A DNA stretch of 64,000 bases from the NCBI RefSeq assembly GCF_050920415.1, contig NZ_CP169309.1; one strand, given 5' to 3'. The translations under genes and the position numbers were made by a program. Numbering within the stretch: the first letter of the stretch is position 1; every line of letters begins with the position of its first letter. Source of the stretch: Escherichia coli (GTDB lineage: Bacteria; Pseudomonadota; Gammaproteobacteria; Enterobacterales; Enterobacteriaceae). Shown piece after piece: positions 1-10,459 of the stretch. The notes under the pieces were generated by a model. It searched no databases, had not been told where the DNA came from, and saw only the letters and a list, made by a program, of their open reading frames with translations.

Positions 1-1276
<1,276 letters not shown>

Positions 1277-1289
1277 TTCCGGTCTCCTG

Positions 1290-2045
1290 TCAGAACTTAT
1301 AACCACGATGCAGCGCCACAACCCCTGCCGTCAGGTTGTAATAGTCGACACTTTCGAATCCAGCATCCTGCATCATAGCTTGCAGGGTGTCCTGATCGGG
1401 ATGCATGCGGATAGATTCAGCAAGATAACGGTAGCTGTCAGCGTCGTTCGCGACCAGTGAGCCAATACGCGGCAGCACATGGAAGGAGTAAGCGTCATAG
1501 GCCTTACTTAACGGCTCGATAATCGGCTTCGAGAACTCAAGCACCAGCAGTCGGCCGCCAGGTTTCAGAACGCGATACATTGAACGCAGAGCTTTATCTT
1601 TGTCAGTGACGTTACGCAGACCAAACGAAATGGTGATGCAATCAAAGGTGTTATCCGGGAACGGCAGCGCCTCAGCGTTCGCCTGAACATACTCAACGTT
1701 GCCAATCACACCAATATTACGCAGCTTCTCGCGGCCCATTTTGAGCATGGATTCATTGATATCAGCAAGGACCACTTTGCCAGTTTCACCCACCAGGCGG
1801 GAGAATTTCGCTGTCAGGTCGCCAGTACCGCCTGCCAGATCCAGCACGGTCTGCCCGCGGCGTACGCCACTGCAATCAATCGTGAAGCGTTTCCACAAAC
1901 GATGTATGCCAAAAGACATCAAATCATTCATGACATCGTATTTCGATGCCACGGAATGGAAAACGTGGGCGACCATATCCGCTTTTTGTTCCTTCGCGAC
2001 GGTCTGAAAACCAAAGTGCGTCGTTTCTTGTGACTTATCCACCAT
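1290..2045 (-). CDS. ubiE: UbiE C-methyltransferase (ubiquinone/menaquinone), 251 aa
   Basis: Track ORF 251 aa, [16 protein letters not shown]..., SAM-MTase motif LDLAGGTGD. Confidence 0.95.
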   Translation of the reverse strand: MVDKSQETTHFGFQTVAKEQKADMVAHVFHSVASKYDVMNDLMSFGIHRLWKRFTIDCSGVRRGQTVLDLAGGTGDLTAKFSRLVGETGKVVLADINESMLKMGREKLRNIGVIGNVEYVQANAEALPFPDNTFDCITISFGLRNVTDKDKALRSMYRVLKPGGRLLVLEFSKPIIEPLSKAYDAYSFHVLPRIGSLVANDADSYRYLAESIRMHPDQDTLQAMMQDAGFESVDYYNLTAGVVALHRGYKF

Positions 2046-2139
2046 CTCAATGCCTGCTCATCAAAAAATTGTTCCAGAAGTGTAACAGATTGGGCGTCGA
2101 TGCCCTAGATTTCTACCCGGCTTAACTACCCCCAATGGG

Positions 2140-3567
2140 CTAGCGCGACTGCTGATTATATTCATCATCGCGTTGATAAGCTTCATCATTCGGCTGCTCC
2201 GGTACCGACCGCAGTCGATACTCTTCATCCTGGCTCACCGCTTGTTCAGCCAAATCCGGATTAATCTCGCGTTTAATTTCTACTCCTAAACCGCGAAACG
2301 CTTCTGCTTGCGCCAGCACATTTCCGCGACCTGAAGAGAGTTTTTTCATTGCCTGGCGATAGTTATCCTGCGCTTTGTCGAGACTTTGACCAATCGCGGA
2401 CATATCATCGACAAACAAGCGCATTTTGTCGTACAACTTGCTGGCACGATCGGCTATTTTCTGAGCGTTGCGGCTTTGATGCTCATAGCGCCAGAGGTTG
2501 GCGATAGTGCGCAGCGCCACCAGCAGCGTGGTCGGGCTAACCAGCATGATATTGTTTTTCAACGCTTCGGTGATCAGCTCCGGCTGGCGGTCAAGCGCCA
2601 GTAAAAATGCGGGCTCAACAGGGATAAACATCAGCACGTAATCCAGGGTTCGTAGCCCCGGCAGCTGTTGATAATCTTTACGTCCCAGCAAGCGGATGTG
2701 GTTACGCACCGACGCGATATGTTCCTGTAGCGAGCTTTCGCGGGTGTAGTCGTCTTCTGCGTTGAAATAGCGTTCATAGGCGACCAGCGTCATTTTGGCG
2801 TCGATCACCACATCTTTTCCGTGCGGCAACCGCACGATGACATCCGGCTGCATCCGCGAGCGGGCGTCATTTTCGATGCTGACCTGGGTTTCATATTCAT
2901 ACCCTTCACGCAGACCGGAAGCCTCCAGCACACGCGTCAATACTACCTCGCCCCAGTTGCCCTGGGTTTTATTGTCGCCTTTCAGCGCACGCGTCAGGTT
3001 GATCGCTTCCTGGGCCATTTGCGCGTTGAGCTGCTGGAGATTGCGTATTTCGTGAGTCAGGGTATGGCGTTCTTGTGCTTCTTTACCGAAACTGTCCTGA
3101 ACCTGACGACGAAAATCGTCCAGTTGTTCACGTAGTGGCGACAACAGGCTGTTCAGACTCTGACGGTTTTGCTCATCAACCCGGCGATTGCTGTGCTCGA
3201 AAATACGGTTGGCGAGGTTTTCAAACTGCTCACTGAGGCGCTGTTCGCTGTTGATCATTTGGCGAATTTTATCGTCAGCATGTTGCTGTACAGCCTCCAT
3301 TCGCGTGGTGACTTCACGCAGATCCGCCTCCAGCGAGGTGTTAATGCTTTGCAGACTGCGCACTTCATTATTGAGTAACTCGCACTCAGCACGCCAATGT
3401 TCGCTTTGGGTAATTTGTTGTTTTGCCGCACTTAACTCCGCGACCATCTCTTCACGTTCAGCGAATTGCTCGGCTTTTTGCTGCGCATGCTGATAACTGG
3501 CAATCAGCCAGCCAATCGCCACGCTCACCAACGCAATAACTGCGTAAACCATGATTGAGATATCCAC
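2140..3567 (-). CDS. rmuC: RmuC DNA recombination protein, 475 aa from GTG
   Basis: Track frame 2140..3660; GGAGG 4 nt before GTG at 3565-3567 (VDISIMVYAVIAL...), which matches the 475-aa length I recall for RmuC; ATG five codons downstream is the alternative start. Confidence 0.85.
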   Translation of the reverse strand: MDISIMVYAVIALVSVAIGWLIASYQHAQQKAEQFAEREEMVAELSAAKQQITQSEHWRAECELLNNEVRSLQSINTSLEADLREVTTRMEAVQQHADDKIRQMINSEQRLSEQFENLANRIFEHSNRRVDEQNRQSLNSLLSPLREQLDDFRRQVQDSFGKEAQERHTLTHEIRNLQQLNAQMAQEAINLTRALKGDNKTQGNWGEVVLTRVLEASGLREGYEYETQVSIENDARSRMQPDVIVRLPHGKDVVIDAKMTLVAYERYFNAEDDYTRESSLQEHIASVRNHIRLLGRKDYQQLPGLRTLDYVLMFIPVEPAFLLALDRQPELITEALKNNIMLVSPTTLLVALRTIANLWRYEHQSRNAQKIADRASKLYDKMRLFVDDMSAIGQSLDKAQDNYRQAMKKLSSGRGNVLAQAEAFRGLGVEIKREINPDLAEQAVSQDEEYRLRSVPEQPNDEAYQRDDEYNQQSR

Positions 3568-3685
3568 AACGCCTCCAGCCTCATTACTTACCCGCACAAA
3601 ATAGAATTGTGCTGTACAAACGTCCAGTTTGAAAGAAGTTTCCTGCGAGGCGCTACGCAAAACGATCCTTAATTTTTATTATTTT

Positions 3686-3722
3686 ATCCCACAATATGAG
3701 ACGTAGTTTATATTGTGGGATA
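3686..3722. promoter_or_regulatory. Perfect 13-bp inverted repeat TATCCCACAATAT-N11-ATATTGTGGGATA, candidate operator in rmuC/IclR-gene divergent spacer
   Basis: Read directly; lies 58-94 bp upstream of the IclR-family gene ATG. Confidence 0.5.
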
Positions 3723-3779
3723 TATCACCTTTTCCCCACGTCATTATGTGGAACACTTCAGCAATATCATCAGGAGAAA

Positions 3780-4550
3780 CGTATGGCAGATACCTCTTCA
3801 ACCACCGCTGGCGCACAAACGTTATTACGCGGGCTGGCGGTTCTTAATGCTGTTTATAACGGCTGCCATGACCTGAAAAGTATCGGCGAGTTCACCGGCA
3901 CGACCCGGAGCACAACCCATCGTTTAGTCACCGTTCTGGTGGAACAACGCTACCTGCGCCACGTCCCAACGCAGGGCTACCAACTGGGCGCCAAACTGAT
4001 CGAATTCGGTGCCAGAGCGCTGGAAAGCACCTCGCTGTACGAAGTTGCGCTGCCCGTTTTGCAACGCCTTGCCCGTTACACCCTGGACACCGTGCATCTG
4101 GGGATCGTTGAAGGCGACGAAGTGCTGTATCTGGAGAAGATCAACAGCCAGCGCGGGCTGGAAATGCGCTCACGCCCAGGCCATCGCATGCCACTGGCAA
4201 TCACCGGCATCGGCAAGGCATTGATCCTCAACCGAACAGAAGAAGAGTGGCGCACGCTGTTTAAGACCTGTGGTGATGAAACAAAACTGGGCGCATTTAT
4301 TCAGAACATGCGTCGTTATGCCGCCAGTGGTTTTGCTTTTGATCTGGAAGAGAACGAGCCGACTATCCGTTGCGTTGCAGCGCCGGTTTACAACGCCCGG
4401 GATGAAATTGTGGCGGCTATTTCTGTCGCCAGTACCACTACGTATATGTCACTGGCGCGTCTGGAAGAACTGGCACCTTACGTCAAATCCTGTGCAGAAG
4501 AGATATCCGCTGAACTGGGCTGGGGTAAGCACGTTCACAAAAATAAATAA
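3780..4550 (+). CDS. IclR-family transcriptional regulator, 256 aa
   Basis: Track frame 3696..4550; start set at ATG 3780 (MADTSSTTAGAQTLLRGLAVLNAV...) with AGGAG 6 nt upstream; N-terminal HTH then effector domain typical of IclR/KdgR-type regulators. Confidence 0.8.
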   Translation, partial: RMADTSSTTAGAQTLLRGLAVLNAVYNGCHDLKSIGEFTGTTRSTTHRLVTVLVEQRYLRHVPTQGYQLGAKLIEFGARALESTSLYEVALPVLQRLARYTLDTVHLGIVEGDEVLYLEKINSQRGLEMRSRPGHRMPLAITGIGKALILNRTEEEWRTLFKTCGDETKLGAFIQNMRRYAASGFAFDLEENEPTIRCVAAPVYNARDEIVAAISVASTTTYMSLARLEELAPYVKSCAEEISAELGWGKHVHKNK

Positions 4551-4573
4551 ACCATGACTAAAGGAAACGGCTA

Positions 4574-5578
4574 ATGTCGGGAAACACCTCATTTATTGCC
4601 CTGGACTGGGGAACGTCATCGCTTCGGGCATGGCGTTTTGGCGACTCACCCAATCCACAAGAAAAACGTGAATTCCCGTGGGGGATCATGAAATTACCCT
4701 CCCAGGCAGCAACACGTGAGGACGCTTTCCACGATACGTTTTTACGTGTCTGCGGCGACTGGCTGGCACAATCCCCATGCCCGATTCTGGCTTGCGGCAT
4801 GATCGGCAGTGCGCAAGGGTGGCAACCCGCAGCTTATTTACCTTGCCCGGTCACTCTCGAGGGTCTGGCAAAGCAGTTGACGCCTGTTATCTACCAGCAG
4901 CAGACAATGCTGCACATCATTCCCGGCGTGATTAAAGAAGGTGAAATGCCCGAAGTGATGCGTGGCGAAGAGACACAAATCTTCGGTGCTATCTCGATGG
5001 AACCGGCCCTGCAAAACGCGCTCCGCCAGGGTATGCCTGTGCTGATTGGCTTACCTGGCACACATGCGAAATGGGCGGTAGTTGAAAACAACACCATTAC
5101 CGATTTTCGAACCTTTATGACAGGCGAGTTATTTGATGTTTTATCCCGCCATTCGATTCTCGGTGCCACCATGCGTTCGGGAGATGAACCGCACTGGGAT
5201 GCCTTCGCCCACGGGCTGACAGCGGCACAAGAGCATCATCAGACCGGATTATTATCGACGCTGTTTTCGACCCGTTCGCGCCTGCTGACCAGTAATCTTA
5301 CGCCGTCCTCACAGGGGGATTACCTTTCAGGATTACTGATAGGCCATGAATTATGCGGTCTGGCATCCAGTTTGCTACGTGATTTACCCGCCACAACACC
5401 GATCGCCTTAATCGGTAGCGCCACTCTGAACAGCCGCTATTCACAAGCATTCAGCCACGTTTTTCCCGACAGACAGCTACACGCCATTCCTAATGCCACT
5501 GAACAGGGGTTATGGCGAATCGCCCACGCTGCCGGGCTACTCTCCACCAACGCCAGGGAATGTACTCATGCCATTTAA
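4574..5578 (+). CDS. 2-dehydro-3-deoxygalactonokinase (DgoK)-family sugar-acid kinase, 334 aa
   Basis: MSGNTSFIALDWGTSSLRAW..., ...MRGEETQIFGA..., ...FRTFMTGELFD... align with my recollection of E. coli DgoK; about 40 aa longer at C-terminus. Confidence 0.75.
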   Translation: MSGNTSFIALDWGTSSLRAWRFGDSPNPQEKREFPWGIMKLPSQAATREDAFHDTFLRVCGDWLAQSPCPILACGMIGSAQGWQPAAYLPCPVTLEGLAKQLTPVIYQQQTMLHIIPGVIKEGEMPEVMRGEETQIFGAISMEPALQNALRQGMPVLIGLPGTHAKWAVVENNTITDFRTFMTGELFDVLSRHSILGATMRSGDEPHWDAFAHGLTAAQEHHQTGLLSTLFSTRSRLLTSNLTPSSQGDYLSGLLIGHELCGLASSLLRDLPATTPIALIGSATLNSRYSQAFSHVFPDRQLHAIPNATEQGLWRIAHAAGLLSTNARECTHAI

Positions 5579-6197
5579 TACGCTTTTGCAAAAAACCGGG
5601 TTAGTCGCCATTTTACGCGGCGTGAAACCGGATGAGATTGTCGCCATCGGTGAAAAGCTGTATGCCTCTGGATTTCGCCTGATTGAGATTCCCATGAACT
5701 CGCCGGAGCCGTTGCAAAGTATCAGTTTACTGCGCGACGCCCTGCCTAAGGACTGCCTGGTCGGAGCCGGAACTGTGCTTTCGGTGGAGCACGTCGTCGC
5801 GGTTAAAGAGGCTGGAGGCCAGATTATCGTGATGCCGCATTGCGATACTGCGGTGATCCGTCGTGCCCGTGCGCTGGGTATGTATTGTGCGCCTGGCGTC
5901 GCTACGCCCACCGAAGCTTTTGCTGCCATTGAGCATGGTGCTAATGCCATCAAGCTGTTCCCGGCTGAACAAATTACGCCTGAAGTCACCAAAGCCTGGC
6001 GTGCGGTTATTCCACAATCCGTTCCGATGTTACCGGTTGGCGGTATCACTCCGGAAACCATGGCGCGTTATCTGAGCCACGGTGCAAACGGCTTTGGTCT
6101 CGGTTCTGCGCTTTATCGCCCTGGCATGACGCCAGAGCAGGTCTATAAAAATGCAGTACTGTTTATGAACGCATGGACCAATTTAAACAACAACTAA
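5568..6197 (+). CDS. KDPG/KDPGal-aldolase family protein (DgoA-like), 209 aa
   Basis: Track frame 5493..6197; start set at ATG 5568 (MPFNTLLQKTGLVAILRGVKPDE...), overlapping the kinase gene by 11 nt; aldolase motifs AILRG, GAGTVL, PVGGIT. Confidence 0.75.
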   Translation: MPFNTLLQKTGLVAILRGVKPDEIVAIGEKLYASGFRLIEIPMNSPEPLQSISLLRDALPKDCLVGAGTVLSVEHVVAVKEAGGQIIVMPHCDTAVIRRARALGMYCAPGVATPTEAFAAIEHGANAIKLFPAEQITPEVTKAWRAVIPQSVPMLPVGGITPETMARYLSHGANGFGLGSALYRPGMTPEQVYKNAVLFMNAWTNLNNN

Positions 6198-6221
6198 CTG
6201 ATAAATAAGGATATAAAAACA

Positions 6222-7196
6222 ATGATAAAACATCTTACCTTACCGAAAAAAATGGCTGCAATGGTACTCCTTGCCGGCGCTTCCCTCAGCACTGCGCCTG
6301 TGCAGGCGGCCTCCTACCCAACCAAACAGATCGAGTTAGTCGTACCCTACGCGGCCGGAGGCGGTACGGATCTGGTTGCCCGTGCCTTTGCTGATGCCGC
6401 CAAAAACCATTTGCCCGTCAGCATCGGGGTTATCAATAAACCTGGCGGTGGCGGCGCTATCGGCCTGAGTGAAATCGCCGCTGCCCGCCCTAACGGTTAC
6501 AAAATGGGTTTAGGCACGGTTGAACTGACCACCCTTCCCAGCCTCGGAATGGTGCGTTTTAAAACCAGCGACTTTAAACCCATTGCCCGTCTGAACGCGG
6601 ATCCGGCTGCTATCACCGTCCGTTCTGATGCGCCGTGGAATAGCTATGAAGAATTTATGACTTACGCCAAAGCGAATCCCGGAAAAGTACGCATTGGTAA
6701 CTCAGGCACCGGAGCAATCTGGCATCTGGCGGCAGCTGCACTGGAAGACAAAACGGGCGTGAAGTTTTCTCATGTCCCATATGACGGCGCAGCCCCTGCC
6801 ATTACAGGCCTGTTAGGCGGGCATATTGAAGCGGTTTCCGTAAGCCCAGGTGAAGTTATCAATCATGTGAAAGGCGGCAAGCTGAAGACACTGGTAGTGA
6901 TGGCGGATGAACATATGAAAACCATGCCTGACGTACCGACGTTAAAAGAGAAAGGCGTTGATCTCTCCATCGGCACCTGGCGCGGTCTGATCGTGTCGCA
7001 AAAAACGCCGCAGGATGTGGTTGATGTTCTGGCTAAGGCCGCAAAAGAGACGGCTGAAGAGCCTGCATTCCAGGATGCTCTGCAAAAGTTGAATCTCAAC
7101 TATGCATGGCTTGATGGTGCCAGCTTCCAGACCCAAATCAACGAACAGGAAAAGTACTTTGACGAGTTACTAACTCGGCTGGGCTTGAAAAAATAA
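6222..7196 (+). CDS. tctC: Tripartite tricarboxylate transporter (TTT) periplasmic substrate-binding protein, TctC/Bug family, 324 aa
   Basis: N-terminal signal peptide (MIKHLTLPKKMAAMVLLAGASLSTAPVQA); AAGGGTDL motif typical of TctC/Bug proteins. Confidence 0.8.
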   Translation: MIKHLTLPKKMAAMVLLAGASLSTAPVQAASYPTKQIELVVPYAAGGGTDLVARAFADAAKNHLPVSIGVINKPGGGGAIGLSEIAAARPNGYKMGLGTVELTTLPSLGMVRFKTSDFKPIARLNADPAAITVRSDAPWNSYEEFMTYAKANPGKVRIGNSGTGAIWHLAAAALEDKTGVKFSHVPYDGAAPAITGLLGGHIEAVSVSPGEVINHVKGGKLKTLVVMADEHMKTMPDVPTLKEKGVDLSIGTWRGLIVSQKTPQDVVDVLAKAAKETAEEPAFQDALQKLNLNYAWLDGASFQTQINEQEKYFDELLTRLGLKK

Positions 7197-7212
7197 TCCC
7201 GAGGTACGGTCG

Positions 7213-7719
7213 ATGAACACAAAACAGTCTGTTGCTCAACTCGCCGTACCGCACCGCAAGCGCCTTTCATCCACTGTGGTGGTGGCGCTGTTACTTTGTG
7301 TGGTTGCTGGCGCGGTGATAATTAATGCCGCTGATTTTCCAGCAACTGCCATTGAAACGGATCCCGGTGCAAGTGCCTTCCCTACTTTCTATGCCTGCGC
7401 TCTGATTGTGCTCGCTGTCTTACTGGTGATACGCGATCTTTTGCTGGCAAAACCAGTCCCTTGCGCCAACGCACAGGAAAAACCGGCATTAAGGAAAACG
7501 GCAACAGGAATTGCGGCAACCGCGTTTTATATTGTGGCGATGAGCTACTGCGGTTATCTCATTACTACTCCTGTTTTCCTCATCGTCATTATGACGTTGA
7601 TGGGCTACAGGCGATGGGTACTCACACCGGGTATTGCGCTGCTGTTAACGGCAATCCTCTGGTTGCTGTTTGTCGAAGCGTTACAGGTGCCATTGCCTGT
7701 CGGCACATTTTTCGAATAA
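7213..7719 (+). CDS. tctB: TTT small membrane subunit TctB, 168 aa
   Basis: Small hydrophobic multi-TM protein between tctC-like and tctA-like genes. Confidence 0.75.
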   Translation: MNTKQSVAQLAVPHRKRLSSTVVVALLLCVVAGAVIINAADFPATAIETDPGASAFPTFYACALIVLAVLLVIRDLLLAKPVPCANAQEKPALRKTATGIAATAFYIVAMSYCGYLITTPVFLIVIMTLMGYRRWVLTPGIALLLTAILWLLFVEALQVPLPVGTFFE

Positions 7720-7731
7720 CAGGGGCCTGCA

Positions 7732-9222
7732 ATGTTTGAAAGTGAACTTTTAACTCAGGGGTTTTCGACATTACTCAGTAATCCTCAGGCGCTGCTGTTT
7801 GCCACGTTTGGAGTGATGCTGGGTATTATGATTGGCGCTCTGCCTGGCCTGACAGCGACCATGGGTGTGGCGATTTTGCTGCCTTTCACCTACGGCATGG
7901 AGCCTGTTTCTGGCTTATTGATGATTTGCGGTGTCTTTTTTGGTGGTGTGTATGGTGGTTCTATCACCGCAATTTTGCTCAAAATTCCCGGTACACCTGC
8001 CGCCGCTGCCACCGCCATTGACGGATATGAGCTGACGAAGCAGGGAAAAGCCGGGCTGGCGTTAAGTGCCGCCACGTTCTCTTCTTTTAGCGGTGGAACG
8101 CTCAGCATTATCGTATTGATGTTTCTCTCTCCGGTACTTGCCAGTTGGGCGTTGAAATTTAGTGCCTCGGAGTCCTTCGCCCTGGCAACCTTCGGGCTAA
8201 GTATTATTGCCAGTATTTCCGGTGAGTCACTGATTAAAGGGCTGATTGCCGGGGTTGGCGGATTGCTGATCGCAACGATAGGCCTTGATCCAATGGGCGG
8301 TTTTCCACGCTTTACAGGTGGATTTGTGGAGCTGATGAATGTGCCATTTATCCCGGTGATGATTGGTCTGTTTGCTGCTTCAGAAGCATTCCGCTCTATG
8401 GAGCAAAACCAGCAAATTCGTCAGGGGGCGAAGGTGGCTATCGGCAGTCTGTTACTGCCCTGGCAAACACTACGCCGCATCGCATTAACCATTTTGCGCT
8501 CATCAGGATTAGGGGTTTTTATCGGCATGATCCCCGGTGCGGGGGCAGATATTGCAGCTTTTGTTGCCTATAACGAAACTCGTCGTTTCAGTAAGACGCC
8601 TGAAAACTTTGGTAAGGGTGAGATTAAGGCGGTGGCCTCCTGTGAGGCAGGCGCGAATGGCTGCACCGGTGGCGCATTGTTACCTATGCTGACGTTGGGG
8701 ATCCCAGGCGATGCGGTAACTGCCATCATGCTGGGCGCGTTAACGTTACAAGGGATGCAGCCAGGCCCACTGATGTTTACCGACCACGGCGATATGGTTT
8801 ATACGCTGTTTGTCGGCATGATCTTTTGTTACTTCATGCTGCTAGTTCTTGGACTGCTCTCTTTGAAAGTCATCGGTAACGTGGTGAAGATCCCCGGCAA
8901 TATTCTCACGCCGATGATCCTCGCGCTTTGTGTTGTTGGGACTTATGCGCTGAACAACAGCCTGTTTGATGTTGGCATTATGCTGATTGCAGGCGTGGTG
9001 GGCTATTTCATGCAAAAAGGGGGGTATCCGGCGTCACCCGTAGTGCTGGCATTGATTATGGGGCCAATGGCGGAAAGTAATTTTCGCCGTGCGCTGTCGC
9101 TTTCAGGGGGGTCACTCGACTTCCTGTATACCCGACCGATAACCCTGGCATTGCTGACTCTGGCAGCCTTTACGCTACTGACGCCAATAATACGCAAAAT
9201 TATGCGCTTACGGCGTCAGTAA
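7732..9222 (+). CDS. tctA: TTT large permease subunit TctA, 496 aa
   Basis: About 500-aa polytopic membrane protein with Gly-rich helices, directly after tctB-like gene. Confidence 0.8.
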   Translation: MFESELLTQGFSTLLSNPQALLFATFGVMLGIMIGALPGLTATMGVAILLPFTYGMEPVSGLLMICGVFFGGVYGGSITAILLKIPGTPAAAATAIDGYELTKQGKAGLALSAATFSSFSGGTLSIIVLMFLSPVLASWALKFSASESFALATFGLSIIASISGESLIKGLIAGVGGLLIATIGLDPMGGFPRFTGGFVELMNVPFIPVMIGLFAASEAFRSMEQNQQIRQGAKVAIGSLLLPWQTLRRIALTILRSSGLGVFIGMIPGAGADIAAFVAYNETRRFSKTPENFGKGEIKAVASCEAGANGCTGGALLPMLTLGIPGDAVTAIMLGALTLQGMQPGPLMFTDHGDMVYTLFVGMIFCYFMLLVLGLLSLKVIGNVVKIPGNILTPMILALCVVGTYALNNSLFDVGIMLIAGVVGYFMQKGGYPASPVVLALIMGPMAESNFRRALSLSGGSLDFLYTRPITLALLTLAAFTLLTPIIRKIMRLRRQ

Positions 9223-9276
9223 TTGATATCGCTCCCCGACGTTGGGGAGTATGAGACTGATGACAAACGCTAAATT

Positions 9277-9376
9277 GCCTGATGCGCTGCGCTTATCAGG
9301 CCTACCACAGAAATGCAATATATTGAATTTGCATGCTTTTGTAGGCCGGATAAGGCGATCACGCCGCATCCGGCAT
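9277..9376. repeat. REP pair (BIME) in tctA-udp spacer
   Basis: gcctgatgcgctgcgcttatcaggcctac and gtaggccggataaggcgatcacgccgcatccggca, inverted REP consensus units. Confidence 0.8.
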
Positions 9377-9407
9377 GAACAAAGCACACGTTAACAACAA
9401 TCGGAAT

Positions 9408-9437
9408 GCTCCCCGACGTTGGGGAGCGTTTTTTTAT
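9408..9437 (+). terminator. Hairpin GCTCCCCGACGTTGGGGAGC followed by T7 run; intrinsic-terminator-like, oriented for plus strand
   Basis: Stem CTCCCC/GGGGAG then TTTTTTTATTT; sits just before udp stop; a copy of the hairpin without T-run occurs at 9231-9249. Confidence 0.5.
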
Positions 9438-10198
9438 TTCAGCAGACGACGCGCCGCTTCCACCACGATTTTCACCGCATGGCTTTCGGTTTGTTTCATC
9501 GTCTCAGCATTCGGGATCTCTTGCTGGGTACGATTGACGATAACGCCCGCCACCATACCCGCACGCAGGCCCTGGCTTGCACACATGGTCAGCAGGGTTG
9601 CAGATTCCATTTCATAGTTCATTACGCCCATCGCCTGCCACTCTTCCATAGAACCTTTAAAGTGACGGACTACACGACCAGAGTAAGTATCGTAACGTTC
9701 CTGACCTGGGTAGAAGGTATCAGAAGAAGCCGTCACACCAACGTGAGTGGTGGCACCAATTGACTTCGCCGCTTCAACCAGCGCGGTCGTACATTCGAAA
9801 TCTGCGACAGCCGGGAACTCCAGCGGAGCGAAGTGCAGGCTCGCGCCATCCAGACGAACAGACGCCGTGGTCACCAGCACATCACCCACATTAATATGCG
9901 GCTGGATAGCGCCCGTTGTACCGATACGCAGGAAGGTGCGAATGCCCAGCTGTGCCAGCTCTTCAACCGCAATAGAGGTAGACGGGCCGCCGATACCGGT
10001 AGAGCAGACGATAACAGGTTTACCATCCAGCTCTGCACGCCAGGTGGTGAATTCGCGGTGAGATGCCAGCTTAACCGGCTTATCCATCAGCGCGGCGATC
10101 TTTTCCACACGATCCGGGTCGCCAGGGACGATGGCAAGCGTAGCCCCTTGTAAATCGTTTTTAGTGAGGCCGAGATGAAAAACATCATACTTGGACAT
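9434..10198 (-). CDS. udp: Uridine phosphorylase, 254 aa
   Basis: Track [38 protein letters not shown]...; start set at second in-frame ATG (MSK...). Confidence 0.9.
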   Translation of the reverse strand: MSKYDVFHLGLTKNDLQGATLAIVPGDPDRVEKIAALMDKPVKLASHREFTTWRAELDGKPVIVCSTGIGGPSTSIAVEELAQLGIRTFLRIGTTGAIQPHINVGDVLVTTASVRLDGASLHFAPLEFPAVADFECTTALVEAAKSIGATTHVGVTASSDTFYPGQERYDTYSGRVVRHFKGSMEEWQAMGVMNYEMESATLLTMCASQGLRAGMVAGVIVNRTQQEIPNAETMKQTESHAVKIVVEAARRLLK

Positions 10199-10269
10199 AT
10201 ACAACTCCTCTGTGAATCGGTTTAGTCAGAAGAAGCAAAAAGACACTTTACCGAAGGGTTTGACATTTT

Positions 10270-10345
10270 TTCGTGACACTCATCACCTTGATGCAAATGC
10301 GTTGCATAAATTTACCCAGCAAAAGTGATGCGAATCACATAAATC
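10270..10345 (-). promoter_or_regulatory. udp promoter region: two CRP-like sites flanking a TGCAA-repeat CytR-type element
   Basis: Minus-strand read: aTGTGAttcgcaTCACt and gGTGAtgagtgTCACg about 52 bp apart with ttgcaacgcatttgca between; matches known udp CRP/CytR architecture. Confidence 0.6.
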
Positions 10346-10459
10346 ACTCTTCATTCTGCATGACTGCATAAAAGATGAGCCGATTCAGGCAATGTGATTT
10401 GTTGCATGCTGACTATAGTTAACATTGCGCAACATTTTTATAAGGGTACGGAGAATACC

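Noticed and set aside
3696-3779. N-terminal extension of the IclR-family gene from the track ATG at 3696
   Set aside because: That ATG sits inside the inverted-repeat operator candidate and has no Shine-Dalgarno; ATG at 3780 has AGGAG at proper spacing
3568-9433. Calling the rmuC-udp insertion, or the other accessory segments, a mobile element
   Set aside because: No transposase, integrase, inverted terminal repeats or target-site duplications could be identified; only REP/BIME elements are present at the edges
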